From assembly GCF_009914755.1 (NCBI RefSeq), contig NC_060940.1: a stretch of DNA of 64,000 nt, one strand, 5' to 3'. This document shows, piece after piece, positions 1 through 20,903 of this stretch (position 1 is the first letter of the stretch; each line of letters begins with the position of its first letter). The notes beneath the pieces are model-generated. The model did no database searches and had not been told where the DNA came from. It worked only from the letters and a program-made list of their open reading frames with translations. The DNA comes from the human T2T-CHM13v2.0 reference genome, Homo sapiens. The position numbers and the translations under genes were made by a program.

Positions 1-75
1 TCCTGACCTCAGGTGATCTGCCTGCCTCGGCCTCCCAAAATGCTGGGGTTACAGGCATGAGCCACCGTGCCCAGG
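1..75 (-). mobile_element. Alu left-arm fragment cut by the window edge
   Basis: tcctgacctcaggtgatctgcctgcctcggcctcccaaaatgctggg matches the reverse complement of the Alu 5' end. Confidence 0.9.
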
Positions 76-418
76 AAATTTTCTAAATTTTAACAGACTG
101 CATCAATAGTGGAATCTGAGGTAGAGCCTCTAGTGACCACCAGGAGTACCAGGTGACAAAACAATAACCCATTGTTTCCATGGCTCTTTTGCAGCATCTG
201 GGAATTTTAGTAAGTTTTCTCTTGGATTCCAAAGTGTCATAAAATTTTGTTTTGAGCTCTCTGAGTTAGTTTAAGAAAATTTAAAATCTGAACTTGATTT
301 GGATGTCAGGACAAAACCTGGACTGGGTCCAGGATCAGTTTGGATCTAATAATTAACTAACTGGAATTCAGTTAGAGGTCTCTTATGTCTCACTGGGTAA
401 GACAGAAATCAATTGTAA

Positions 419-1448
<1,030 letters not shown>

Positions 1449-2196
1449 GTAAATGGCAATATTTCAAGGGATGTAAACATTGGCTTCTGAAAATTTGCAG
1501 GAATTTTTGTTTACTTCCCCCTTTGTTATTTTTTCTTGTGCTTTTAGGCAGAGAAAAATTACTGGCTAAGTTGTTCAGAAAGATCTAAGCTAAAGCCAAG
1601 GTTCTAAAATTAACAATGCAAAAATTGTATTAGTGAGAAAAATTACAACAGTAAGCTGAGCTAACTCACCCTCTATCTCAACTTTCCCTTAAGTATTCCT
1701 GGGCTATTGGGCCCAGCTAACTAGTGAAAACCTTCAGGCTGTTGTTTAAATGATAATAGGCCTTGGCTCCAAACTCAACTTTTGTTTGGGAGGCCATCAG
1801 GCTTGATGGGAAGAGGGAAGCCTGAGTCCTGCCAAGGCACAGACATGAAGGAAGTCAGCCATTATTCTGGAGGTTATAAAATATGCAACATCTCCAATTG
1901 CTCCTGCAAACATTGTCACTTCTATAGTACATAAGATTAGCCTTTTGAGATATCTCTACAAGTTTTATGCATGTCTTATCCCCATGGCTTCATCTGGACC
2001 TGATGGCTTCTTCTAGACTAACCAACCCAGCTCCTGTGGCCCCACCCACAAGTTATTCAAACTACAGAAAGACAGCTTTGACCCCTTATGTTTTTGACCT
2101 CCTATAATTTTATCTCCACTCCAACTAATCAGGAGCAAGCACCTGTTCGCTGACCAACTCACTCCTTATTGAAACTGCCTTTGAAAGACCCCTCAC

Positions 2197-2469
2197 AGCT
2201 GGGTGCAGTGGCTCATGCCTGTAATTCCAGCTGGGAGGCCGAGGTGGGTGGATCACCTGAGGTCAGGAGTTTGAGACCAATCTGTTCAACACAAGGAAAT
2301 CCCATCTGTACTAAAAATACAAAACTTAGCTGGGTGTGGTGTTGGGTGTCTGTAATCTCAGCTACTCGAGAGGCTGAGGCAGGAGAATTGTTTGAACTCG
2401 GGAGACTGAGGTTGTAGTGAGTGGAGATCACCCTGTTGCACTCTAGCCTGGGTGACAAGAATGAAACCA
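2197..2469 (+). mobile_element. AluS
   Basis: Dimer; TSD gaaagaccc(c)tcac at 2183-2196 and 2640-2652. Confidence 0.9.
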
Positions 2470-2480
2470 GAAAGAAAGAA

Positions 2481-2528
<48 letters not shown>

Positions 2529-2643
2529 GAAAAGAAGGAAGGAAGGAAGGAAGGAAGGAAGGAAGGAAGGAAGGAAGGAAGGAAGGAAGGATAAAGAAAA
2601 GAAAGAAAGAAAAGAAAGAAAGAAAAAGAAAGAAAGAAAGAAA
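2470..2643 (+). repeat. (GAAA)n(GGAA)n compound microsatellite grown from the Alu tail
   Basis: Direct reading of a ~170-bp almost pure purine tract. Confidence 0.95.
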
Positions 2644-2675
2644 GACCCTCACCGATAAGCTTTGGATAAGATTAT

Positions 2676-2996
<321 letters not shown>

Positions 2997-3139
2997 TAAG
3001 TACAAACTCTATTTTGCATGTAGAGTGACTGCCTCATGTCTATTGAGCACTTTCTTTAGTACAATGCAGTTTTCTTTATGAAGTGTGCAGAAAGAACCCC
3101 GTGGGCAATTACAATTCAAGATAAAATGAAATTTTTAAT

Positions 3140-3437
3140 TTTTTTTCTTTTTTTTTTTAAGATTGAGTCTCATTCTGTCACATAGGCTGGAGTGCAGTGG
3201 CACAATCTCCTCTCATTGCAAGCTCTGCCCCCCGGGTTCATGCCATTCTCCTGCCTCAGCCTCCTGAGTAGCTGGGAATACAGGCGCCAGCCACCACGCC
3301 TGGCTAATTTTTTTGTATTTTTAGTAGAGACAGGGTTTCACATTAGCCAGGATGGTCTCAATCTCCTGACCTCGTGATCCGCCTGCCTTGGCCTCCCAAA
3401 GTGCTGGGATTACAGATGTGAGCCACCGCATCCAGCT
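3140..3437 (-). mobile_element. AluY-like
   Basis: gcaagctc...ggttcatgccattctcc diagnostics; TSD gaaatttttaatttttt on both sides. Confidence 0.85.
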
Positions 3438-4286
3438 GAAATTTTTAATTTTTTAAAAACTGAGTAGTTTACCTTTCAGCTAAGACTACATTTATATGTA
3501 CAACTATTAGGCCCTGGAAGGTTTCCCAGACTAAACAGGGGTCTGGCTGCTTGTTCTTATGGTCCAATAATGAGATGCATAAAAACTGAGAAAGAAGAGA
3601 GTTTATTTCTTCAACTGGCTACAGAGAGACAGTCAGAATAACTCACTGGACCAACTCGACGTTACAGGCTTCTTTTCCAGTGCTTATATACATTCAAACC
3701 ATATGCCTATATGTGGTAGTGCACCTACGGGCTAAAGAGATTACAGGCTTGAGCCACTGCGCCCGGCTAAAGCCAGCTTTTAGATTGTTGGTAAAAGTAG
3801 AAATGACTTCAGAATAATCAGTTAAATGTAATTTGATACTTGCTTGATTTGGCTGTGAACTTAAATTTTTGGTTTTGAACCTCTGGATTTAGGTGTGAGG
3901 ATAGGTGGCCATGTTGAGACCTGGTAACAAGTTCTCAGTGCCTAGACCAGCAGCTACAAGACAATGAAGCCTAATATGGCCTCTTCTTCTCTTTCCAAGC
4001 TTTGCCTTCTGGATATTCTTTAAGAGGTTGGATCCAGCTTTTATCCTGAGCTCTACACCTAGTATGTAAATGTAGGAGTCTTGCAGGTCCTGACCTTCAG
4101 AGCCATTTTATGTGTCATATGCCTACTAGAGACTCAGGATGACTGGGAAAGATATTAGGAAGAGTACCCATGTCATAGTTTCAAAATCTTTTTCAATAAT
4201 TTAGAATCTTAAAGTGATACTATGTTAATTTAATAATAGTCATAAAATCTATGAGTCATTTGTATATTAAAATACTAAAACGTTAA

Positions 4287-4936
<650 letters not shown>

Positions 4937-5023
4937 AGCATCATATTTTTATATAATATTTAAAAAGCTAAATATAATTTGATAAGGTAGTTAGTAGAAA
5001 ATTTAATAAAAAAAAAAATTTAG

Positions 5024-5189
5024 CTTGGCACAGTGGCTCACGCTTGTAATCCCAGTACTTTGGGAGGCCGAGGCAGGTAGATCACCTGAGGCTGAGAGTT
5101 CAAGACCAGCCTGACCAACAGGGAGAAACCCCATCTCTACTAAAAATACAAAATTAGCTGGGTGTGGTGGTGCATGCCTGTAATCCCAA
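5024..5189 (+). mobile_element. AluSp-like, 5' part (host of the Harlequin provirus)
   Basis: Alu sequence breaks at tgtaatcccaa and resumes at 11927 as ccagctacttggg. Confidence 0.9.
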
Positions 5190-5653
5190 TAAGGGAGGAG
5201 ACTACCCCTCATATTGTCTTATGCCCAATTTCTGCCTCCAAAGAAAGAAGAAGTAAAAACTAAAAGGCAGAAATGAAATCCACAGGCATATAGCCTGGCA
5301 CATGCCCTGGGCCCGTTAGTTAAAAATAAACCCCTGACCTGACTTCTTGTGTTATCTGTAGATTCCAGACATTGTATGGAAAAACATTGTGAAAATCCCT
5401 GTCCTGTTCTGTTCCATTCTAATTATTGGTGCATGCAGCCCCCAGTCATGTACCACCTGCTTGCTCAATTGGTCATGACAACCCTCTCACATAGACCCCA
5501 TTAGAGTTGTAAGCCCTTAAAAGGGACAGGAATTGCTTACTTGGGGAGCTTGGCTTTTGAGACACAAGTCTGCTGAAGCTCCCAGCCGAATAAAGCTCCT
5601 TCCTTCTTTAACCTGGTGTCTGAGGAGTTTTGTCTGCAGCTCATCCTGCTACA
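5190..5653 (+). repeat. 5' LTR (LTR2 family)
   Basis: taagggaggagactacccctcatattgtcttatgcccaatt...tcctgctaca; AATAAA near 5589. Confidence 0.9.
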
Positions 5654-5658
5654 ACTCC

Positions 5659-5676
5659 TGGTTCCCTGACTGGGAA
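5659..5676 (+). promoter_or_regulatory. Primer-binding site, tRNA-Glu
   Basis: tggttccctgactgggaa, one mismatch to the complement of the tRNA-Glu 3' end. Confidence 0.85.
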
Positions 5677-6202
5677 AGGAGGTGGCTGGTGGATGGTGGA
5701 GGCAGCCCCTTAGTCATCTTTGTCCTGCCCTGTGGAACATCCCTGTGGGGGATTCCAACCAGCCTTAGCGATGCGGATCCAAAAAGTGCTCCCAGGTAGG
5801 CAGTTGCCCTGGTGGGACACCTGGCCAGAGCAGTGTGTGGCAGGCCCCAGTGGAGGATCAACACAGTGGCTGAACACTGGGAAGGAACTGGCACTTGGAG
5901 TCCAGACATCTGAAACTTGGTAAGACTGGTCTTTGGAACTTGCCCACTCCATTTGAGTGGAAGCATGGCCTGATCACCCATGGTGTGCCTGTATTGGCAC
6001 TTTGTTTTTTGTTTTTTGACTTGACTTCGATTGCTTGATACTTTGGTTTTAGTTTTGACCTGGCTTGGATTTCTTGATACTCTGATTTTGGTTTTGATTC
6101 TGGTTTGGTGTAAACTGTAAAAGTGTGTGTGTGCCCTTTTTACCCATTCTCTGTTTTGTTGTGTGTGTGTGGTGTGAGCGTGGTGTTTTTTCTTGAGGAA
6201 AC

Positions 6203-6445
6203 ATGGATCAGGAACAAAGTAAGCCCACTCCACTAAGAACTGTGTTGAAAAATTTCAAGAAAGGATTTAAGGGAGATTACAGTGTTACTATGACACCAGG
6301 AAAACTTAGAACATTGTGTGAAATAGACTGGCCAGCATTAGAGATGGGTTGGCCATCAGAAGGAAGCCTGGACAGGTCTCTTGTTTCAAAGGTATGGCAC
6401 AAGGTAACCTGTAAACCACAGCACCCAGACCAGTTCAGTACATAG
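6203..6445 (+). pseudogene. gag: HERV-E-type gag matrix remnant
   Basis: KPTPLRTVLKNFKKGFKGDY...KLRTLCEIDWPALEMGWPSEGSLD...HPDQF gammaretroviral MA motifs; myristoylation Gly2 is Asp; frame breaks afterwards. Confidence 0.8.
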
Positions 6446-7048
6446 ACACTTGGTTTCAGCTGGTTTTAGACACCCCCCCACCCTGCTCCACCACAGTGGT
6501 TGAGAGAACAGCAGCATAAGTAGCTGCCAGAGGCAAGGAAAGACCAGCAGAGAGAGAGAGAGAGAGAGGAAGAGACAGAGAAACAAAGAAGGAGTCAAGG
6601 AGAGGGAGAGAGAGAGAGAAAGAGAGAGACAGAGAGAGGAAGAGACAGAGGCAAAAGCAAAGACAGAGAGAGCCAGACAGAAAGTCAAAGAGAAAAAGAG
6701 AGAAAGAGAGAGATATACAAGTAGTTAAGAAAAAAACAGTGTACTCTATTCCTTTAAAAGCCAAGGTAAATTTAAAAACTTATAGTTAATAAGTGAAGGT
6801 ATTCTCTGTAACCCTATGCCACTCCAATACCACCTTGTTTTCAGTGTAAACAAAAGTGTATCCCAAAAGCACTGAGGCCACTGATAACCCGTAGCCTTCC
6901 TTTAAAAAATCCTTAACCCAGTAACCTGCAGATGGCCCATATGCATTCAATATGTAGCGGCAATTGCTTTGCTAACAGAAGAAGGTAGAAAAATAACTTT
7001 TAGAGGAAACCTCATTGTGAGTACACCCCACCAGTTCAGAAGTACACT

Positions 7049-7090
<42 letters not shown>

Positions 7091-8599
7091 TGATTTAACA
7101 TTAACCACTGAAAATTCCCTTAACCCAGCAGGTTTCCTAACAGGGGCTCTAAATCTTAATTACCATACAAAGGTATGACCAGACCTAGGAGGAATTTCCT
7201 TCAGGACAGGACAATAGATGGTTCCTCCTGGGTAATTATAGGGAAAAAAAAGGCCATCTATACCAATTCTAAGTTAATTTGGACTAAACAAGTTCATATT
7301 AATAGCAAAGGATAATTGAAATCCCAAACTTACAAGGTTTTCAACAAAAGTAAAGTTTGCTAAAAGTTAACAGTGTAACATGTATTATAGTAACTTCTAA
7401 TCTTGTGGCCTTAGACAGTCTAGTCCACAGACATAAAGAAAATTCACTTTGGAAAAGAATGGTTGCCATCTTTGAATTCTTGTCCTGAAATAAATTAACT
7501 GGTTGTTTAAAGAAAGAAATGTTTGTAATAAGCCAGAAAGTTGAGACATGTCAAAGAATTGTCTGTGAAAGCATGAAAGAAAAAAAAAGTTATAAAAAAA
7601 ATTATGCAAGAAATGCTGTATAATTTAAAAGTAATTAGGCTTCCTGAATGTAAAACTATTGAAAAAACAGTTTATGTGCAAGGTGTGTAAAGAAAGTAAA
7701 ATATACCTCTGGTAAAAGGATTATAAGGAGGCATAAGAATGTGAATTTTTACCTACATTAAAAGGTTAAATTTTTTTTGTTGTTTTAAAGGTTTAAGCAA
7801 GTTTTAAAACATTAATTGTAAATAAAATTGTGTGTCTAAACATATTAGCTAAAGTTAAAGGGATGTCATCTAGTTTTTCTGTGAACTGGACATTAAAGTA
7901 AAAACACAATGGGGTTTTCTTGAAGCACTAACCTGCTCTTTAACAAAAATTATAAAAGGTTAAAAAGAATCTATAAAAATCTTACCTTACGGTCAGACAT
8001 TAAAAATTGAATAAATATATCTACAAATTTTTATTAAAACTAATTTTAACATTAATAACACACTAATATGAAGGTGAAATATAGCTTATCTCATATAAAA
8101 ATTATATAGAAAGCATAGTCAAATATAAAATGGTGTTTGGCTTTCTTTGGTCTAAAAACTAACAAAAATAGATGCTAAAGGAAATTTCTCAGTAAGAAGA
8201 CACCAAGGACTATAAAGTCCACTGCTGATGTCCCCACATTTAAAAAAAGAAGATCAATTTCTTAAAAATTATATACTTGGTTTATCTTCCACTTTCCTTT
8301 CCCTCAAAACTAAAAGTCTTTTAGCACATGTACCACCCCTAGAATTTCCTGTAAACCACCACCAGCTGGAAGATCACATTCTCATCAAAGGTGGAAAGAA
8401 GGAAGACTCAAGCCAGCCTGGGAAGGACCCTACCTTGTGCTGCTAACCACTGAGACTGCTGTTCATACAGCAAAAAAGGGATTGGATTCATCACACCCAA
8501 GTCAAGAAAGCGCCACCCCTCTAGAGTCATGGGCTGTAGTCCCAAGGGAAAATTCTACCAAACTAAAGCTAAGAAAAATTTAATTCATCTATTCTATTA

Positions 8600-9552
8600 G
8601 TGTTCCTTCTTTTCTTGCTCTATTGCTGACCATCTAGTTATTAACATAACCCAGTCAATTCCACCTCAAACTATTGAATTTAATGCTTCCCTTGTTATAC
8701 CCTGTGAGGGCTTGCCAAGTCAAAGACAGCTCTCTACTTCAGAAAAGTACCTCTGTCCCTCCTGACTCTCCTCAGACTAGTCATTAATAAATTAGGACCA
8801 TTTAATCTCAGGAGAATTTGATAAAGACCCCAGTGTCAACTAGGAGTCTTGCGCCCAGATGTAGAGCTTTTATGCTGTAGTTGGCCCAACATTCTGTGAA
8901 CCACTAAAGAGCAAGGATGGACTGCCCCAACTGGTTTTTGTTATTTCCTAAAACCATACATTCATTTTACTAGAGGATCATAGAAGTTAAAGACTTAAAA
9001 CAAATCTTGACAATTAAGACAGGATACCAAGATGCAAATGCCTTGTTGGAATGGATCAAATATTCTGTCCACTCGTTAAACAAAAGCAATTGTTGTGCTT
9101 GTGCACATGGCAGGCCAGAGGCCCAGATTGTCCCCTTTCCACTAAGGAGGTCCTCCAGTCGACCAGGTGTGGACTGCATGGTAGTGCTTTTCCAGGATTC
9201 TACAGCCTAGAGTAATAAGTTGTGCCAAGTTCTCTCTCTGATATATGCTGAAGTTCAACACCCTGTGGGTCAGTCCCTGAGGGCCATCTAGCTTCCATCT
9301 CCAAACACTAAGTTAACTTCGTGTCTCTCACGACAGGGAGGAAACTTAGTGTTCCTTGGAGACCTGAAGGGATGCAGTGAGCTTAAGAATTTTTAAGGGC
9401 TTACCAATAGGTCATCCCTTGTTCATCCCTGAGCGGATGTGTGGTGGTATTGTGATGGACCTTTACTGGACACTCTGCCAAATAACTAGAGTGGCACTTG
9501 TGCTTTGGTCCAATTGGCTATCCCTTTCATCCTGGCATTTCATCAACCAGAG
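8600..9552 (+). pseudogene. env: HERV-I-type env SU remnant inside Harlequin
   Basis: IKTGYQDANALLEWIKYSVHSLNKSNCCACAHGRPEAQIVPFPL and QLAIPFILAFHQ; multiple stops; homologous to 29000-30160. Confidence 0.65.
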
Positions 9553-9557
9553 GGAGG

Positions 9558-10203
9558 GCAGGTAATAGAAGGATGGATCTGGTTATCAGACAGAAGAATA
9601 GCCATGCCACAACTGCTAGGAGCTGTGGTCATACTGGCTGTGCATGAGACCACCCACCTAGGCCAAGAGTCACTTAAAAAGTTGTTAAGCCAGTACTTCT
9701 ACATCTCACATCTCTCAGCCCTTACCAAAACACTGGCATAGCAGTGTGTCACCTCCTGGCAGCACAATGCTAGGCAAGGTCTAACTGTTCCACCTGGCAT
9801 ACAGGCTTATGGAGCAGCCCCCTTTGAAGAACTCCAAGTAGACTTCACTGAGATGCACAAATGTGGAGATCTCATCCCTAGGTTTAGACTGCCCTTACAA
9901 ATCAGCTTGGACAATGAGCCAGCATTTGTGGCTGACTTGGTACAGAAAACAGCAAAGGTGATTGGGTGTAGATCAAGGATTAGAGTGTAGCCCCCTTGCC
10001 GCCACAATGAAAAAAACCCCAGATCATCATCTTGACCACTCCCACAGACGTAAAAGTAAGAGGAATCCCAACCTGGATCCATCACAGCTGCATAAAACCT
10101 GCAGCACCTGAGACCTGGGAGGTGAGACCAAGCCTGGACAATCCCTGCAAAGTGACTCAGAAGAAGATGACAAGCCCTGCTCCAGTCACACCCGGAAGCT
10201 AAC
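9558..10203 (+). pseudogene. pol: pol integrase remnant (zinc-binding HHCC region and C-terminus), internally deleted
   Basis: AVHETTHLGQESLKKLL, PFEELQVDFTEM, ILTTPT...IPTWIHHS motifs in broken frames. Confidence 0.75.
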
Positions 10204-10224
10204 TGGTCCATGCATGGCTGAAGC

Positions 10225-11447
10225 ATGAGGAAACTCACCATGGGACTTATTTTCCTTAAATTTTGGACTTATACAGTAGGGACTTCAACTGACTTCCTCA
10301 AACTAAGGACTGTTCCCAGTGTATACATCAGGTCACTAAGGTAGGGCAACAATTTAAAATCGTCTTTTTGTTCTATAGTTATTATAAATGTGCTGGAACT
10401 CTAAAAGGGACTTGTTTGTATAATACCACCCAGTATGAGTTATGTAGCCCAGGAAGTGACCAGCCTGATGTGTATTATAACCCATCTGAGCCCCCTATGG
10501 TCACAGTCTTTAAAATAAAATTAAAAATAGTCATCTCATTGGGTCTAAACCATACTAAAAAGAATCCATTTAGTAAATTCCTAAATTTGCAAACCATGTG
10601 GACCCACCTGGAGTCCCACCAGGACTGGAAAACCCCCACTGGATTATACTGGATGTGCGGGCATAAAGGTTATGCCAAATTACCTGACCAGTGGGCAGGT
10701 AGTTGTGTTATTGGCACTGTTAAACCATCCTTCTTCCTACTACCCATAAAATCAAGTGAATTCCTGGGCTTCCCTGTCTATGCTTCCCACTAAAAGAGAA
10801 GCATAGCTATAGGTAATTGGAAAGATGATAAATGGCCCTCTAAGAAAATCATACAATATTATGGGCCTGCTACTTGGGTACAAGATGGCTCATGGGGATA
10901 TCAGACCCCTATTTACATGCTCAACCAAACCTTAGAAATAATCACTAATAAAACTGGCAGAGCCTTGACTATTCTGGCCCAGCAAGAAACTCAGATGAGA
11001 AATGCTATCTATCAAAATAGACTGGCTCTCAACTACTTGCTAGCAGCTTGGCGGGGGGGGGGGGGGTCTGTGGGAAATTTAATCTTACCAGTTACTGTCT
11101 TCACATAGATAATCAAGGGCAAGTAGTTGAAGACATAGTTAAAGATATGACAAAAGTGGCATATGTGCCCATGCAAGTGTGCCATGGATTTAATCCTCAG
11201 GTCATGTTTAGAAAATGGATCCCAGAACTAGGAAGATATAAAACTCTTATAATAGAAATTATAATAGTAATAGGCACCTGCTTACTACTCCCTTGTTTGC
11301 TACCTGTACTCCTTCAAATAAAAAAAGCTTCATCACTACCTTAGTTCACCAAAATGCTTCAGCACGAGTGTACTATATAAATCATTATCAATTTGTCCTA
11401 CAAGAAGACATGGGTAGTGAGGATAAAAGTGAGAACTCCCACTAATG
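10225..11447 (+). pseudogene. env: HERV-E-type env remnant (signal peptide, SU, TM)
   Basis: MRKLTMGLIFLKFWT leader; PTGLYWMCG, KLPDQWAGSC; immunosuppressive domain [12 protein letters not shown]; [10 protein letters not shown]; hydrophobic TM; stops and frameshifts. Confidence 0.8.
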
Positions 11448-11470
11448 AGTGAAGTTCTCAAAGGGGGGAA

Positions 11471-12963
<1,493 letters not shown>

Positions 12964-13980
12964 ATGGGGAAAAAACAGAACAGAAAAACTGGAAACTCTA
13001 AAATGCAGAGAACCTCTCCTCCTCCAAAGGAACGCAGTTCCTCACCAGCAACAGAACAAAGCTGGATGGAGAATGATTTTGACGAGCTGAGAGAAGAAGG
13101 CTTCAGATGATCAAATTACTCTGAGCTACGGGAGGACATTCAAACCAAAGGCAAAGAAGTTGAAAACTTTGAAAAAAATTTAGAAGAATGTATAACTAGA
13201 ATAACCAATACAGAGAAGTGCTTAAAGGAGCTGATGGAGCTGAAAACCCAGGCTCGAGAACTACGTGAAGAATGCAGAAGCCTCAGGAGCCGATGCGATC
13301 AACTGGAAGAAAGGGTATCAGTGATGGAAGATCAAATGAATGAAATGAAGCGAGAAGGGAAGTTTAGAGAAAAAAGAATAAAAAGAAATGCGCAAAGCCT
13401 CCAAGAAATATGGGACTATGTGAAAAGACCAAATCTACGTCTGATTGGTGTACCTGAAAGTGATGTGGAGAATGGAACCAAGTTGGAAAACACTCTGCAG
13501 GATATTATCCAGGAGAACTTCCCCAATCTAGCAAGGCAGGCCAACGTTCAGATTCAGGAAATACAGAGAACGCCACAAAGATACTCCTCGAGAAGAGCAA
13601 CTCCAAGACACATAATTGTCAGATTCACCAAAGTTGAAATGAAGGAAAAAATGTTAAGGGCAGCCAGAGAGAAAGGTCGGGTTACCCTCAAAGGAAAGCC
13701 CATCAGACTAACAGCGGATCTCTCGGCAGAAACCCTACAAGCCAGAAGAGAGTGGGGGCCAATATTCAACATTCTTAAAGAAAAGAATTTTCAACCCAGA
13801 ATTTCATATCCAGCCAAACTAAGCTTCATAAGTGAAGGAGAAATAAAATACTTTATAGACAAGCAAATGCTGAGAGATTTTGTCACCACCAGGCCTGCCC
13901 TAAAAGAGCTCCTGAAGGAAGCGCTAAACTTGGAAAGGAACAACCGGTACCAGCTGCTGCAAAATCATGCCAAAATGTAA
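12964..13980 (+). pseudogene. L1 ORF1p with premature stop R49*
   Basis: ATG at 12964 (MGKKQNRKTG); TGA at 13108-13110; remainder open to the normal TAA. Confidence 0.92.
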
Positions 13981-14019
13981 AGATCATCGAGACTAGGAAG
14001 AAACTGCATCAACTAATGA

Positions 14020-17823
<3,804 letters not shown>

Positions 17824-18320
17824 GAACAAAAAACCAAACACCGCATATTCTCACTCATAGGTGGCAATTGAACAATGAGATCACATGGACACAGGAAGGG
17901 GAATATCACACTCTGGGGACTGTGGTGGGGTCGGGGGAGGGGGGAGGGATAGCATTGGGAGATATACCTAATGCTAGATGACACGTTAGTGGGTGCAGCA
18001 CACCAGCATGGCACATGTATACATATGTAACTAACCTGCACAATGTGCACATGTACCCTAAAACTTAGAGTATAATTAAAAAAAAAAAATTAAAAAAAAA
18101 AAAAAAGAAAAAGAAAAAGAAAATTAAAAAAAATCAGGAAAACAACTTTTTAAATAATATAAATTTTTTATCTACAAATACACAGGAAAGTTCAAAATTA
18201 TTTCCTAGACATTTCACTAAAAGTTGGGATAATTAACAGTTAATGTAATTCCTAAATATAATTGAAAAACACTAAATGTAAGAAAAACAAGTCTGCCTAA
18301 AGAGTAGATAAGAAAAAAAC

Positions 18321-18622
18321 GGCTGTGTGAAGTGGCTCATGCCTGTCATCCCAACACTTTGGGATGCTGAGGCAGGTGTATCACTTGAGGTCAGGAGTTC
18401 AAGACAAGCCTGTCCAACATGGTGAAACCCCATCTCTACTAACAATACAAAAATTAGCTGGGTGTGGTGGTGGGCTCCTGCAATACTAGCTACTTGGGAA
18501 GCTGAAGCACAAGAATCGCTTGAACCCCAGAGGCGGAGGTTGCAGTGAGCAGAGATCAAGTCACCTCACCCCAGCCTGGGTGATAGAGTGAGACTCTGTC
18601 TCAAAAAAAAAAAAAAGAAAAA
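18321..18622 (+). mobile_element. AluS
   Basis: Dimer with A tail. Confidence 0.9.
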
Positions 18623-19176
18623 AGCAAGATATACTTTTGATGAATAAAGTTATAAAGGCATAAAATGTGTGTTTAGAATATTTTTATCCAGTTTGAAATT
18701 GCTTAAGTGTTGTTTCAGATTGAAAGAATAAAAAGAATATAGATAAAACTAAAATATAAGAAGTATAAAATTTAATTATGAGATTTTAAAATAATTATGG
18801 AAAACTAGTGTGGTCAAAAATGACAGATTTGATAGATTTCTTTATAAGATTTTATTAAAATTAGCTTTAGTATTGATAATACATTAATAAAAAAGTAACA
18901 TTTGATTTTCTCTTTAACAAAAATTGTATGTAGTGTTAATAAACACAGTATAATATTTTTGCTCAACTTTTGAGTAAATTTAAAGAATGAGAAAGAGAGG
19001 ACATATAATATCAGTCATGCTTTCTTACTTAGGCCTTTTGACTAGCAAACTAAATCTTTTCTATAAAAAAAGGATTTTGTTTTAATAATTTTCTTAAATT
19101 ATCACTTTGGCTAAGTGAATGACTATTATTTCGTGGTGACCTTGATCCTATTTTGGTAAATTGTTTTAAACCTTAG

Positions 19177-19498
<322 letters not shown>

Positions 19499-19739
19499 TG
19501 ACATATTTGACAGGCTTCCCAAAGCCAAATTTTAGCTCCAAAATTGTCTTTTTGACAAAAGAAAAGAGGGTCCCTGAAACACCCAAGAGAGATAAACAGA
19601 ATCTTTTAATATGTTAAATAACATGGGAAATATTGTCAAATAAAAAATGTTTTACTTTCTTCAACTTGTATTTTGTTAAATATCTAATTAGTATGTGATC
19701 CAAAATTATATTGGATTTATAAAATTCTAATACATCTGA

Positions 19740-20075
<336 letters not shown>

Positions 20076-20588
20076 CACAATTACAGTTTTTATGATAAAT
20101 TACTGTAGGCCATAAATATAAACAATTTTTTGTCGATGTGCCTTTATAAGCATTTTAAGATATTTCCACAGTTAATGGATTAATTCTAATGCAGTTCCTA
20201 AAATCTTCATAAGCACACAAAATCCTGGAGTATTGTGTCTTCAAGGAGATTCATGAAAAGGATGAAAAGTGCCCAGACAAGTTGCATGCAGTTTTCTGGT
20301 CATTTTAGAATTATATTGTTTAGAGTGGGTCAGAATTCTGGGAAATTTAATGAAGAGACTGACTCATAAAACTGCTAACCCAGGAGAGACAAAAATTAAT
20401 TGAATACCAAAACAATACTTTGCCAGATATTTATGCTAAATCAGCAAGTAATGAAATTCATTAGATATGAAATTTGAATAAACCATATGGTCCAAGTATA
20501 ATTACCTATGTATGATAACTCATCAGTTATTAGTGCTACGTACCTAAATTGCAGAAACAAACCTAGTATGTAAGAGGACAGAAATCCT

Positions 20589-20903
20589 GGCCTGGCAAGT
20601 GGCTCACACATGTAATCCCAGCACTTTGGGAGGCTGAGGCAGGTAGATCACTTGAGGTCAGGAGTTCTAGACCAGCCTGGCCAACATGGGGAAATCCCAT
20701 TTCTACTAAAAATACAAAAATTAGCCAGGCATGATGGCAAAGGCCTGTAATCTCAGCTACTCAGGAGGCTGATGCAGGAAAATCACTTGAACCCAGAAGG
20801 CAGAAGTGGCAGTGAGCTGATAAGGTGCCACTGCACTTCACAGAGTGAAGACTAGGCCACAGAGTGAGACTCTGTCTCAAAATAACAACCAAAACAAAAA
20901 AAT
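20589..20903 (+). mobile_element. AluS
   Basis: Dimer; TSD taagaggaca(g/t)aaatcc. Confidence 0.9.

Noticed and set aside
5659-5676. tRNA gene
   Set aside because: Only the 18-nt retroviral primer-binding site; no cloverleaf
10368-11344. Domesticated (syncytin-like) env gene
   Set aside because: Split into short ORFs by stops and frameshifts, including a stop just before the furin-site region and the G14 shift; SU is internally deleted
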